NCBI GenBank assembly: GCA_051362555.1
Contig: CM120641.1
Coordinates: 18,662,001 to 18,726,000 of the forward strand
Source: Lingula anatina
Taxonomy: Eukaryota; Animalia; Brachiopoda
Length of the DNA: 64,000 nt
Reading direction: 5' to 3'
Shown: positions 50,101 to 64,000 of the stretch, in pieces
How the letters are laid out: each line of letters starts with the position of its first letter
How positions within the stretch are numbered: the stretch's first letter is position 1
Notes under the pieces: model-generated
What the model saw: only the letters and a program-made list of their open reading frames with translations
The model's database searches: none
What the model was told of the DNA's origin: nothing
Translations under genes and position numbers: made by a program

Positions 50101-53100
50101 TCTTGAGCATAAAAAGAGCACACCTTTCATTGGTCAAAGGTCATATCAATTTTACATGCATTACACGAAAACAATCTCGGACTGAATCTTATAGCGTATG
50201 ACTTAATTAACCGTCTAGTTACGTTCAAATAAACAAGTTAAAAATTCGATCTTCTCACTTTATTTGCGTTCATAGGAGACCTTGCATTTCTTTGTGGAAG
50301 TAAAAGTATTGGTAAAGTAAGTGAACGGTGATCTGTTGACGGGTTACAGGGCTTAAGAATCGAATAAAGAAATACGTTTATTCGGGAACTAAGATCACGA
50401 TGAAACGGACATACAATCAATCAATAACAGACGATAGAACAACTGACTAGCAATAGCAAGAGCACAGTTGACCTAGCAATCAGGGTCTTAAGATTTGTAG
50501 ATAACGCTTCTGAGAAAAAAAACCCTCCGGGACCAGCGTGACTACTTTCCAGTGTATTTACATCTCCTTGATTCTATTTAATCAAAAGTTGTTTTTTACA
50601 TTAATATGTAGTCATTTCTTACAGCGTTGGTAGTCGTTGGGTTGCCGTTTTGCTAACGTCACCCCTCCCCTCAAGTTCTATCGTTTATCGGATGGAGAAT
50701 GCGACAATTTTCCCTGGTCTATTGACAGATGTTTTCATGTAGTAGTGTGACTGACATAAAATTAAAACTGTTTCATTTACTATGCGTTCACAAAACATTG
50801 ATCGTTTATAATGCTTATTTCCTTAGTCCAATTTATTTGGGAGGCTGGTAGCAAGTTTTGGAGCCGTGGCGATTTAGTTTTACAACATTCTAAACGTGGC
50901 ATTAAAAAAGGCCTGAGCGTCTGTCTTGCAATTCTACAGGCAAACCCAATTTGTCAAAATCTGAGCCGGTTCAACAGGTTGCAACATTACATTCAAGGGC
51001 GAAATGTACATGCTGATAAATGCCTTGTTTTTACACTGAACCCAAAGGAGAATGTTTAAAGTCAGATGAACATGGAATAACCGTCTTGATTAATTACAAA
51101 TTTTCATAATTAGCCTCAGGGTAAGAGGACAATACGCTTTTATTTTAATGCAAATATTACATTCCTACCCGTCTAATAAAGGTTTGATTTTTCTCTGAAA
51201 ATGGTAACTGGTCGTACTTCCCCAGGATACTACACCTTTAATGTAGTCAAAAAAAGCTTTATGTAACTCTAGAGCGCAGGATTATTCCCAGTGTATCAAT
51301 CACAAGGTTACGTGTTTAAGTGTATATACACCGCCCTGTGAATCAAGAGTCCGGTAACGATGAAAGTAAAATATCAACCTGGCTGCTTGCTCTTACGATT
51401 GAAAATATTAGGTAACCCGAGCACAACAGCGCACTCTCAGATTAAGAGTTTGGCAAAAATTAATACTGTCACTGACCAGTGGAGGTCTAACTATTGTAAA
51501 TGAAATTAGACGATATAATAGTGTGAGGTGAGATGTATTGTTTAAGGGTCACTTTCAACCCCTTCACGGCGTCTCACGTATTGATATGGCATTGATTCCC
51601 CCTGGGGTTTCATTAACCTAAATTAAGGACGCCTTAGCCTTTGTTTTACGTCTGTCTTTGTGGTTCCTTTTATATACCTTGTCGGCCCTGCTTTGAAGTG
51701 GGATTCGATTTGGCCGCACTCTGTTCTAAACGTGCATTTGCTGTCTACTTCTTTGATCAAATCCTTGGATTAGACCCGTGTTACAAATGGGGATTGGGTC
51801 ATATACAGAAAATATAATAAATTAATTATTACAAACGTAATTTATTTTCTTAATTACTTTGAGATCAAATGTTTTATTATACACGCATATTAGATAGTCT
51901 TTTTTTATTTACACGAGACGATAATTTCATGGGGAAACATTTGGGGGAATTCAAAGCGTGTCTGCTGGATGGAGTCCAGACCGAGGAAACTTTGATGTGT
52001 GTCGGAGTAGAGCTCCATAACTTTGATCTAGTACAACTTGCCATAAGCCTTCAAAAACAATAGCAATAATGTCAATTAACTCAATCAAATAACTACGTTA
52101 AGTAAAATGTGAATTCCTTTAGATGTGCCTTTTTTCACTCAACTTCCGTCTATAAATGAGCTTGTAAATTTTAGCTGCATTAAATTGCTCTTTGAATAAA
52201 AACGGATGTATTTTTTGTTGACGTATTTTTGTGGCTATGAGCACTTATTGGTTTAGTTTTTAATCATTAGAAACTTGATCATTTCAGGTCCTTTCAGTCG
52301 TGACCGTCACAGCTGAACCCCTCCATACAGACTCTCCTACCATGGTAACGAAAAGGCCCGAGTTTGTACCAGCGCTGGGGCATAGCGACCACAGCCATGG
52401 CAACAGATACCAAAACAAGAACCATAGCAACACTCATAAGGAATACCCACACAGTGTCACTGACAGTGCTCTTCAGACAGTGGTTAACAGCAAAAAAATC
52501 AGTGATAACATCATTATTCGAACTACGAAACAACCTCAATTTGTACATAATAATAATAATAATAATAATAACAATAATGGTGATAATGGCGATGGTGCTC
52601 TCGGTGTTAAAATGGACAAAGTAACACAGGGAAATGAACATAGGCACAGGCATTCTGAACAAAGTAGACATTCCACAAGACGGATAACAACAATCAAATT
52701 GCCACACAGCACCACCACCCATACGCCAGTCAGCAGTTCTTTTATTCCCGATGTATCACCATTTAAGGATGTTAATGATAGAGAGGCTAAAAAGGAAAAA
52801 ATAAAAGACGTATTTAATAAGTGGCTGGATGGTGATCTATATTTGACAGACGCATCTGTAGATGATAAAACAAAACACGAAAGGACGTCTTTATCCTATG
52901 GTGCCAAAGAAAACAATTTATTAAGTTTACAAAAAGGAATCAATCCTAACATAGAGGTCACAATAGAAGTTTTACACGACAAATTAGAGGGAAAAGACGA
53001 ACTTGACGAAGAAAATGTGGAAGAAACTGAGAGCTATGAGCATACCACGCCAAAGTTAAAAGAGAACACGGAAGGCAAACTGATCTCAAGTTTCCTGCGG

Positions 53101-56100
53101 GATTCTGATTTGCCTTCGTCGAGAAAAGATGATCACGTGGTTCCGAGTGACGAAATAGATGACGACACAGGTAGCGGTTCTGGGAGTAGTAAGTGCTTCT
53201 TAACTTTTTCCAGATTCAATGTCAATGATAGAAAGTAATCAGGTTGTCCCAGTGACCTTCGCCTTATTTAGATATTCTTGATATTTTTTCTTTAAAAAGA
53301 GAAGTAAAGAAAAGAGCTCAGCAAAACCAAAGCCGTCAAAAGAATCGGGAGAGGCAGTGTATATTTTTCGTCTTTTCCTATACAATGTTTGGATACATTA
53401 TATTCCTGTATGAGGGGGTGCATTCATTTTTTTTTTGTGCCTTTATCGGTGGTCGTCCGTAAAATCCGAATACGAACGTCTTCAATACGCTGAATACTGC
53501 ATTCGTATAAAGCTGGTTAAACACACGAAGCGATCAGAAGAGACAGGCGTGCTATAATGGTTATATTAAGTACTAACAAATGGAGTAAGGAAGATTCAGC
53601 AATGATACTGCACATTACTTTCGTCTCGTCTTTCTGTATGACTGTTTTTTTTCCCAAAACAATTGAACCGTCGCGCGTAAAATGAACCCCTCCCAAAGAC
53701 GTGCAAATTTCAACAATCAGCTAACAGTTTTAATAGAAAATGTAGTAGACCCCAAAACAGTACCTTCTGCTAACAGCATGCGTATTGCCTTTCTTAACTT
53801 ATACGTGTATATTAGTTGTAAGAAGGAACATATCAGGCAGAACACATCTGCAGTGGGGTTAGGGGAATGCCCGAACTACTTTATTTCTCGTCGAAAAGTG
53901 GATAAGAGTTTGACTTCAGCCCTTTAACGATTCCAGTTTATAACTTTTTCCCTGGATATCGCTTGCTTGGTTTGTCGAGTCTAATTTCAGGGTAATCTGA
54001 AAATATCCAAAGCTGGCGTTCAGCTACGTGGTTATAAATGGACTTTCAGCTCGTCGGAAGGTTGAATTCAACATGGCAATTAAAACTGCAAAGAAATAAA
54101 CGAACTTAAGCAGAAAATGACCCATTGTCGAAAGTGACTGCCACGACCTTTGCGTAGCAAGGCCAACACCAACACGTCTGCCACGGTCACGCTAAAAAGA
54201 CAGGGACGTAACGCAACTGCGAAACATAAAGAGATTCTGAGCTTCGGTCTCAGTCCGCTCTTTCGAACAAGTTTCACAGGCCGAGTGTGATATCCGTGTT
54301 GTAATTGCACACATATGAAGGGGAACATGTCAGAAATTACCCCAGTGCTCCCGGGCGAGTAACTGACGTTCATTAGGGAAGGGAAAAGCTGTCAAATGTC
54401 TGCAGCTCATTTTCTAAAAACAATTTCTTAATATTTTCCTTGCGAATTCTGAATGCATTTATTTTCCACAGGGTTGATTTCTCAACCTTTTGCCAGCAAT
54501 GTGTTAAGAATTGAAACACTGCTGCTTTTGCGGTTTCCGCCAACAGATTGTAATACGGTCGCTGTTATGACTAATGGTAGATGGGGCTGCAGGGCTGTTG
54601 GCTTCATCGTGAAGTGATTAAGGGTGTGTGAAGAAAGGGAGTGGTCAATCACCCAAACATATTAACGAGCAACAGTTGCAAAGTACAGATTACTGCAATA
54701 TCTTCTATCATTCTGAGACAATTACCGGTACAAAAACAATGAAACGAAATAATAAGATTGATAATCTAGGGGAAAAAAAGTCAAAAACAAATACACGGGA
54801 TCTGAAGGCTTATATTGGCGAAAATAAATCAGAGCATAAACGAAATCAAATAATTAATAGTTACCAAAGCAGTTAAGTGTGGATGCCTGCATGCCGCACA
54901 AGATCAGAAAAATCAGCGGATATCTGAACATCATCGACATGGCTGACACTGCCATCCGCAGCCCATTGTTCCATCTTGTCTTACATCATTCAGATCTATC
55001 CCTGAAAACTGCAACAAGGACTGCCCTTGGTTTTACTTGCAAAGAACTAACTTGAATGATCTTTCAAATAAACATGACCCAAAACATGGGTTAGCGAGAG
55101 TGTATCACTTGTCGATTTTCTTCTATAGAACAACTTCATCGCCTCCTTAACTGCACAAGAACGCAGAGGGGGCACATCGCAGTTTTGTAATTCACTATTT
55201 TCTCCCATTTTTATTATTCAGCTGTTGAGGAGTGGAGTGCTTGGACGCCATGTAGTACAACGTGTGGTAACGGGCAGCAGCAGAGAAAGCGGCGATGTGG
55301 GGAGGACTGCACAAACCGGGAGAATAGATACTGTCTTCTGAAGGAGTGTGGGGGTATGGGGAATTTCTATGATGGTCATGCCACAAAATAGTGAACATTT
55401 GAATCCCGTCAGTGGCGAACATGTAATTTGCAGTGATTGAATGATTTTTCACTTGCCCAATTATTTTCGCCGTTTTATACTACAGGACCGTCTCTTATGG
55501 AAAGAAATTATCAGTGATTAAAAATGGATATAAAAGGGTGTGTCACTGACGTGACTCAAATGTTCACCTTTTTTGTGGAATAACCCTGCTTGATTTTTTT
55601 TACTAATCAGTATGTTCAAATCGTGCTTCGAACATTACGCAGGTAAAACTGAACGGTGCATATTTAAGGGACACCCCCTAATTTGCGAATTACAAGTATA
55701 ATGAAACAAGTGAAATGAAACGCCCTTCAGTTTCTTTGGATGTAAAATAGTGAAAAAAAATCAAACGATAGGTCCATTTTCATATTTAAACGAATCTTAC
55801 ACAAATACAACCCTTTTTTTAATATCAAAATACTTCTATTAGCAAAAGCGATAAAGTCCTTCGTGGCTAGTTTCAATGCAAATTCTTTTTAAAAAATCAC
55901 TCTCGTGGGAGAGTTGAAAACACGTACAACCTCCTTTACATCCTTAGTAATACTGACATTTCTTGTCTTGCATTTGGCTACCAAACAAAATACCAGCAAC
56001 TTTTAAATGTCCATAGGCTAAATGTTTGGCCTTGGATTTCAAATAGGTTTAAGTTTGAGCCATTTTAAACATACCTTTCTCAGTGAATCACTGTTGAGAA

Positions 56101-57861
56101 ATGCAGTTTACGCTAATAAATTCGTTGTTTTCACTGTATACCTACTAAGCCTCAAGATATAATTCAACCTTAATTACTGTTTTTTTCTACTCTGCCTCTG
56201 GCGTAAATCTGTTACATGCATAAAACAAATTACCCTGGACCAAATAAATCAATGTTACAGCATTTCTGCATGTTATCTCTTTAAACTTTTCACTGAAAAT
56301 ACGTGAGCAATCACCTATCCATTCACTTAACCCGGGATCCTCCCCAGACCTACTAGGAAGGCCACCAAGGTCATCATGCTGTTAGCTTTTCACATTAACT
56401 GTCAGGAACCACATATACTGCTATAGACTTGGGCTATTGGAAAGAGCCCCTCCCACCCTCTTGAATCTAATTCATTTAAAGCTATAAATAATTTTTATAG
56501 CATTTTCCTGTGCATTAAAGCATAACTACAGAGACAGGATATGTAAATATTGTGTCAAATTATACATTATTGAAATTGGCTTTTATTTTAAAAAAAATTT
56601 AAAGAGTCATTAAAAATAATTTTACATTTCAGCTCAATCAGATTCTGAACATAATAAGCAAAATGATGGTGACTTTTTAGACACAGGTAAGACACTCATT
56701 TTCAATAAAAATACTGATAAGTAATTTTTATTCTCTCCACTTTTTCTCTGACATATATTGTGTCTGTACATAAAAAAGGGACATTCTACTCCCTTGTGAT
56801 TGCTGAATTTGACAACTGACATGCTTGATTGAAACATGTGTCACACAGCGTCTAAACTGTGCAAAATGAAAAAGTTTCACTTCTGTTACAGCAACATTGT
56901 CAAACTTGGAAAAATGCATAAAAGAAATGTTCTGCCATAAATCCAATGATGAATTTTGTCTAAATACAAAACAATCATTGTTCATAAAATACATTTATGT
57001 AGAAAGACATATCTGCATATATTTTTTAGAGTTTGATAACTGTGACAGTTGGATGAAATGCAAAAACCCATATCTGCTGCAATATCTGGCCAAGCTGAAG
57101 GACCTCCCCAGCTGTCCCTGCTACTACCCCATCAATCTGGTCTACAACCAGCGCATATGGGACCACAAGCGTCAACAGTTCTTTCTGTGGCACGATGTCA
57201 GTGGGGCCCAGTACAGGCTGGACGTTTACAAGCCAGGAGCGTCGTACTGCATTCTCTCCAGGATAGAGCTAGGTCGACTCAACCTTGCCGCTCAGCAGTG
57301 TTGCTATGACAACTATCAGCGCCTGATATCCCGTGGTCCAGGGGCAGGGACGCCATATTTGATCAGTCCAGAAGTTTCGCCAGCTCTACACCACAAAGTG
57401 GACATCTTGCCGTGGATCATCTGCAAGGGAGACTGGACAAAGTAAGATGTTTGTAGAGGACAAATGTGAATATGACTTCCTTTAAAAATCATCAATGTTT
57501 AACTTGTTGCTTGGCATAATTTCTTGTGAATGATATCAAGAATTACCACTCCAGAATAAAAAGCTTATTCTCCATTGCCATTTTCAAAAGTTGATAATTA
57601 CCATACCTTCAATAATGCATGCAATTTTCATTCAGTCAAAAATTGGATTTGGTTCACATTAGTACTAGGTATGTTTATACTCACAGCTGGCTACATGCAT
57701 TATGTATATTTCAAATTATTGTTATTGTGAAAACTTAATGTTTTTTATTGATGTGCAGGTACAATCAAGTCAGGCCTCCCAACAATGATAGGACATGCAC
57801 AGTCAACCCTTCTGATGAAACATTTCTGAAGCAAAAGGCAAAGGCAAGGCAGTTCAGATAG
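43200..57861 (+). CDS. ism: Isthmin (secreted TSP1 + AMOP protein), 6 exons, about 569 aa
   Basis: Exons 43200-43307 (signal peptide [25 protein letters not shown]; alternative ATG at 43170), 52288-53188 (contains [10 protein letters not shown]; ISM1 has NPNIQVTIEV), 55222-55353 (TSP1: [23 protein letters not shown]), 56633-56686, 57030-57441 (AMOP: [32 protein letters not shown]), 57759-57861 (RPPNN..C..NPSDE). Intron phases 0,1,1,1,2 are consistent. Confidence 0.9.
43330..43427. repeat. Imperfect (CT)n tract at the start of isthmin intron 1
   Basis: Seen directly. Confidence 0.85.
47085..47135. repeat. (AT)n microsatellite
   Basis: Seen directly. Confidence 0.95.
48910..49135. repeat. Diverged tandem repeat (unit about 70 bp) rich in TGTCA
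   Basis: CTGTCACCTTTGCCTATGTCACTGTCAAGGATTCTGACTATTGGCAAC versus CTGTCACCTAAGCAAATGTCAATGTCAAATACTATGATTATTGGAAAC. Confidence 0.6.
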
Positions 57862-60800
57862 GTTTTAGAACATAACACTGGTGAAGAGGGAGAGGGAGAT
57901 AAAAAAAACACACTTCATGCCAGCAGTCCTTGCTTGACCCAGCAGCCCTTGTTTGATCAAGCCACTGTGGGTCACTTAAAGTATTTGAAATAAATGACCT
58001 GCTGGAGAGACCTGAAAAATTGAACTGAAATGGGGTACTGTACACATCCCAGGCAAAAGACAGAGAGGTCCTAAGAGGTGGTGTCCAAAATAAAGGCTAA
58101 TGACATATATTGTATTAACTTGAGCCCAATAATCAACACAAGTACATGTGTGTCAAAATGTCTGAAAATTCCAAAGCTGCTGCAATGTAATGACCATAAT
58201 GACTTCTGCTACCACTGCTTAGACATCATAATAACAGAGCTCAGTCATACAGTAATCGGGACAGACAGATCATTTAGAGTGACCACATACAAGACTTAAT
58301 GTACAGCAACCTTTGTGTCTTCTGGAACTCATTTACAAATCAATATAACTTCTAGTCAAAATGACACTTTACATACCAGGCCACACCTTCTTGTTATGAA
58401 AGACCCCAAGTGTAGTATACAGTGTGAGGTTGGCTAGGCTGTCAGTAATGATCAGGGGGTGGGGTAATAAGGTGGAGTAAATTGACTGTTTTTAGGACCC
58501 TAGACAATTCAACATGAGCTATTATCTGATCTTTAAACTCAGAAAAGAAAGAAAATACTTGATATTCACTGGAACCATTTCTCTTATATCACAATTTTCT
58601 TATACCTTTCTTTCACTAATATAAGACTTATGAATATCAATTATTTGACTGACAATCACTATAAGAAGCCAATTAGTATGTATGATCACATTATGACACT
58701 GCAATTCATGTCCTTAAATTAGAATACCAGAGACAGCAGTTGCTCCTAAACCCAAATTTCAACCCTCATTTAATGAAGGTACAGGGGTATTTTGCACAAA
58801 CACAGTACAACAGTGTATTTACAGGCCTCCGGGGGCGATCATCCACACAGCTCACCCATTTAGTCAGGGCAGATAATAAGGCCTGGTATTTCATTATTTG
58901 CCAGAATATGATCCAACTGAGACTAGCAGATAAAATGTGGAGAGCTGAAGGAATGATGTTACCTGTCTTAAACACTAGGTAATTGTTCCAACTCAGGGCA
59001 CTATCAGAAGCAATAATCTTCTTAATCTACTTACTATTGACGTGGGACTTGGTTTCATAATAAACAATTTACCCCCAGCTCAGGTGACTTTTGTCTATTG
59101 CCATGGACATTTCTGAGACCATAAAATACACAATATTGTTAATAATGTGTAAGAAAGGAATGACAATTTTGAATGAATATAGCTTTGTTACAGCTTAAAT
59201 TGGTGTGGCCAAGAATAAAAAACAGTATAATAGAAGCAATAATGATATAAAAAAAACATCATCAGTTGACACCTTGGTATGTTACTGAGCTATTCGTCCA
59301 GAAAGTTTTTTTAGGGTGAAAGAAAGGGTAGGGACAAAGCTAGAACAAGGTGCCTGAAAAAAGCACCTATAAATGCCAAAGAAATATGTAATCTCTCACA
59401 TGTAATACTCAGAAAACATCACATTCAGGGAGATGTATATTTACGTATTATAAGTATTAACTGATTATCTTTGCACTTTCTTTTCAGAATTGCATGTCAT
59501 ATGATCATAAAGAGTTGGGTCCCAAAGAGACTTCTATTATTTATTTGTTGTATTTTTCTTTTCAATTTGAATAATATATAGAATTGCAATAAATTGATTA
59601 TTTACAAAAATATGTACAGCAAAGAAAACAGATATTAAGAGTGGATACATAATAAAAAAAATTACAAAAACAATAGGTGTCTGTTCCACTGAGTTTCTGT
59701 GTTCTAACCACATATGGATCTACTCAGTAATTTTAAAGTAGAGATGATGTTTAGATAAAAATACAAGGCAATTAATAAATACAATGCAAATAATGGCAAA
59801 AAAGCCTGGAATGAAAATGCCTTTCTGATTATGGTAAATGTCCATTACTTGTATTAACAAGAATAAAAACATAAATGCAAGGTGTCTAATTTGGATTTGA
59901 AATAAAGCTTTAGAATATTTATATTGTCCCATTGTGACAAAGCTCGATCCTTGTATTTGGCAAAGGTTTTTGGTTGATTCTCATCATCGCAAGGTTAAAA
60001 CATTGAGTCAACACCTATTTTTCTCAATAAAATTGTTACTACCAAGTGAGTCAATGACACCATCTTTAAAAGAATTATTTGACCTGACCTGACATTAGCT
60101 GAAACTCTATCCCCGATGTTCCCATCTTACACCAAGCACACAATGTCATCAAATATGTCCAAGGAGGTAGCACTAAGATGCATTTGTTGAGATCCATAAT
60201 TTACATTATCAACAAAATGAGAGGTATTTAAATACGTCTTAGGATACAAGAGTGCCATTGCATTTTCAAATATGAAACTGCATGCTAGGTATACATGTGT
60301 GGCTGTTTTAATTTGCCTGCAGATAAATAACTCCTTCAGGAGAGCACTAGTGAGTGCACTTTCCATTAACAACAAACCAGTTGCCAAGTTATTTCTTTAA
60401 AATGGTCTCAATATCTAGAGCTGTGAGATAAAATCCCTTGGATGTGGCTGTACAATAGCTATTCTGAACCACCCCAATGAAAGAAGATCAAGGGTGTAAC
60501 CATCTATGCCCAAATTTTTTCCACCTCTTATTAAAATATCTGATTGAATGATTTCCAAAATCAACCTTGCACCCATCAATAAAAATAAAGTGCCTATCTG
60601 TAGAGATGGAACATGTCAGTGTTAAAAGGCTGGATCCATCCCAGCTGAGCTACGGGGTGGTCTTGACTGATGAACACAACAGCTCTCGACAGGAGACTTT
60701 GGCAGCCTCCTTTGAATTCCACTGAATGCTACGATAGCACACATACACAAACAATTGTTTTTCAACATGATGAACTAAATGTGAGGGGCCTAATTATCAA

Positions 60801-62586
60801 AAACTCCAACTCCTTAAAGGGCATCAGGTTTATATGCCCTTCCTTTTTAAATGCAGAATCAACCGTTTACCATAAAGTTATACTGACATTAATGAAGAAG
60901 AACAGATTTAATTTCAAGGTGTCATAAAATACTAGTATGCCATTTTAGATATCAATTGCAAGTAAAAATAACTTTAGATAATACATCATATATTCAAACA
61001 AAACTAATACTACAGTTCTTCATGCTCTAAGAAAAAGTTCCACATACAAAACGTATTATAGATGGTGGTGTCTCAAGTAAAATAGTACAGAAATGACCAA
61101 TATGACCAATATCAGATAAAATCCTTTTTGATACATCTAACTTTGTTTAACGTTCTTAACAAAAACTTCAAAATATCTTATGAATGAATGAAAGAAAAAA
61201 AGTAAAATAAAATTTTAACTGCAGAAATCTTGATAAAAGATGTTTCTAAAAGATGAAGTCCTTTCACAAATCTGAAAGTAACACCTTAAGAAAGACTTTT
61301 TGAAAACTATTACTCAGTCCTTAGTTGAAAAAAAAATACAACTTGAATTCTTGTTCACTTTTCAATGGGAATGAATGAAAAAAAAAAGGACTGACCGTAC
61401 CAAGGCTGAAAACCTCCATCTGTTCTGCTACATGTGCTTTTCATTGAAATCTCAACGGGCTAGAAACAATTGTCAATTTCCCACCACTTTTTCCCCTCTT
61501 CTCACATCTGGTGTGAGTATAAAACAGTAAAACACCTGACCTTTTTTTTACAAATGAAAATAAACAATTACCATAACGAGGAAATGATTGTGCTGGTCCT
61601 CCTAAAACTGCCTACAATGAAATTGACTCATTTGTTTCAGGGATGGAGAGATTTTTTCCTTGGTATCTTTTCAGTCTAATATCTATTTTGGGGACAGCTC
61701 AACCAAGACCAGATCACCTAGCACAGTCACGCATGCTTTTTTTTACAAAAACACCAAAATGTACAAAACATGCCAAATGCACCTCAAATAACACCATTCT
61801 ATTAAGAACACATCTATTTTTTCAACTTTCATCATTAAATGATTACAAAAACGAGTTTCAAATGCAACATTTCGATTGCCATCTCAATCCGAACTTAGGA
61901 AAACCTGTGGTGCAGGCCAAATACTGGTCAGATTGTTTGCTCAAGAATTAGTTATATGCTTGCCTATTGTACACGCATATTTTTTTAATCATTTGATTGA
62001 CTGATCCTCCATGTGCAGGTTGCCAACATAACAGTATTCTAACTGTGTGGATCTATTATTTGCTATGACATTAATGACAGCATAACACCTGAAACAAATG
62101 GGGATGAAGATATTTGATGCACATGTGAATGTATTTTAACATAATGAATGTGTTTTAACATTAAAATTTATAGAAGTGGCAGCAAATACTGTCATCAGCT
62201 GTGTCAAGTACTCAAAACTACAATATACATTCTTTCATCAAGAGCTAAAAATAAAAGTTACATGATATATTTTTCCAACAACTTCAAAAAATAAGAGTTA
62301 TTATCGGTCCAATATTACAAAGTCTAACAAGACATCTTCATCAGGGAATGAGGATATATTTGTTTAAGTAGTTTCTACCTAGGAATGCAGTTAGTACACA
62401 CCCTTTCTATGGAACCACCACAAAAATGGCGCACAGAGGTAAGGGAAAGGGGCTTCTATTAGCTGTTGTTGGGAGATCTATTATTGTACAACTGACAACC
62501 CTTATCGAGGTATTTCAAATATACCCCATTTTTTTTTATTAACATACCAAAGCTTTTTCAAAATGAAACAGAATTAATTTAAACTT

Positions 62587-62589
<3 letters not shown>

Positions 62590-62641
<52 letters not shown>
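62590..62641. repeat. (AT)n microsatellite
   Basis: Seen directly. Confidence 0.95.
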
Positions 62642-62643
<2 letters not shown>

Positions 62644-62804
62644 TCCTTCAAAAAGACATGAAGAGTAATAATGCTGTGCTAAAGAAATCTTAAGGCTAGG
62701 TAGCCATACCTTGATGAAAACTTGCCTGTGTCACCAACCATCAAATGTCATTTCAACTGGTCTCTAAAAATGTTTAAAAAGATCAGTGTTTGTTAATGAA
62801 ATAA

Positions 62805-62864
62805 GAATGAGTAATACTTGAAACTTCTTTTAATGAATGAGTAATACTTAAAACTTCTTTTAAT
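62805..62864. repeat. Two-copy 30-bp tandem repeat
   Basis: GAATGAGTAATACTTRAAACTTCTTTTAAT twice. Confidence 0.85.
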
Positions 62865-64000
62865 AATATATAAGAGCTCAATTTTAGAAGTAATTTTTAT
62901 GAAATTTGGCTAATTGCTTGCAGCTTATCCTACATATTAAATCTATAAAGCGACTGACAACATATTTTGAACCTTTGAGTCTGATACCAAATATTAGTAT
63001 AAATTACAGCCTTTATGCCTTATAGTAATGTCAAACTGAGCCAATTTATTATCTCTTGAAAATGGGAATCATCCCAGATAACTCCAAATCCTGTGGATTA
63101 GCATAAAATCAAGTGAAGTTTGGCATTATTTGTAGAAGAGTGGGGTCAATAATAATGATAAGACTAGTGAGTGCAGTGCAGTAACAAAAGGTGACACAAT
63201 TTATCCATGTCAAATAACACTTCTTTCACTTCTGTATTGCTTTTTAAGAACACTTCCTGGCGCATAGGATTTCACCCTTATCACTAAAAAGTTAACCCAC
63301 CTCACATTCTTCATCTTTCTTGCATTTTTCTCTAGCCTCAGATGACATCAAATAGTGTACCAAGAGCCTCATATCAGGCTATCTCAGATTATTCGGGACC
63401 ATTAATACCTACCATGTGAGTTAAGGTCCAAACCACTTGGAGCCAAGAGTTTCACAGTGCCAGTGAGAATTATCTGAAAGATGTGAAAGATAACACCAAT
63501 ATGTGACGAACTTTGCTGCAGTAAAATTCTTGTAAAATATACAAAATATATCACAACAACATCTGCCTTTATTTACTGCCAGTAACTTGGACATAATATA
63601 AATAATATCTATATATTGCCAACCATGGATGCCAGGATGAGAGATCTGCCTATTCCTAGTACTATATCACAAACCAGAGCCAGCAAGTAACATTTTTTAC
63701 AAGTCTCTATTCTTCAACTAAAAAGTATAAGCAAGTTTTAGATATATTATCATTTAATCTTTTAACATTCAGCAATAAAGAAATACAGATTTTGTTGAAG
63801 TTTTTTTTTTTGAAATTTGAGAACTTCTTGCTAGGATTTTTTCTCCCTGCCATAGGTAAAAAACCCTACGCTTCCAGCACACACGATCTTTTTTCCTCTA
63901 ATTCAATGTACATTGAGCTTAACAAAATATCAGCCCGACTTGTCACCTCAAGGCTGGAGGGAGTCAAAAAGCCAAGTTCTTAACCTGGGAATCATTCTCT

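Noticed and set aside
63413-63473. Possible minus-strand exon (TTTCAG|ATAATT...CATG|GTAGGT) of a downstream gene
   Set aside because: The splice signals look plausible, but the 20-aa translation is unrecognisable and no partner exons were found in the window.
1-64000. CRISPR arrays, rRNA, prokaryotic operons or intact transposases
   Set aside because: None seen. The repeats present are MITEs, microsatellites and two-copy duplications in eukaryotic DNA.

Overview
Eukaryotic, AT-rich, intron-containing animal genomic DNA. It is an invertebrate bilaterian, probably a mollusc or other lophotrochozoan (inference only). From left to right: a field of TTA-flanked PIF/Harbinger-type MITEs (1-4.7 kb); an intron-containing elongator tRNA-Met; an intronless orphan class-A GPCR on the minus strand; a decayed, spliced SAP+YqaJ transposon gene; three co-oriented paralogous AP-1-family bZIP genes (Fos, then two ATF3/JDP2/BATF-clade genes) with shared exon phases; an intact 9-exon diaminopimelate decarboxylase (lysA) with a two-exon, in-frame 74-aa insert; and a 6-exon isthmin gene. 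Exon boundaries were read by hand from GT-AG signals and frame continuity. The strongest leads are (i) the Fos-ATF3/BATF-like-isthmin arrangement, which mirrors human 14q24.3 (FOS-JDP2-BATF, with ISM2 in the same band) and has candidate AP-1/CRE/CArG/CTCF wiring, and (ii) an animal lysA with a modular helical cassette beside this cluster. Most short ORFs in the supplied track are spurious.
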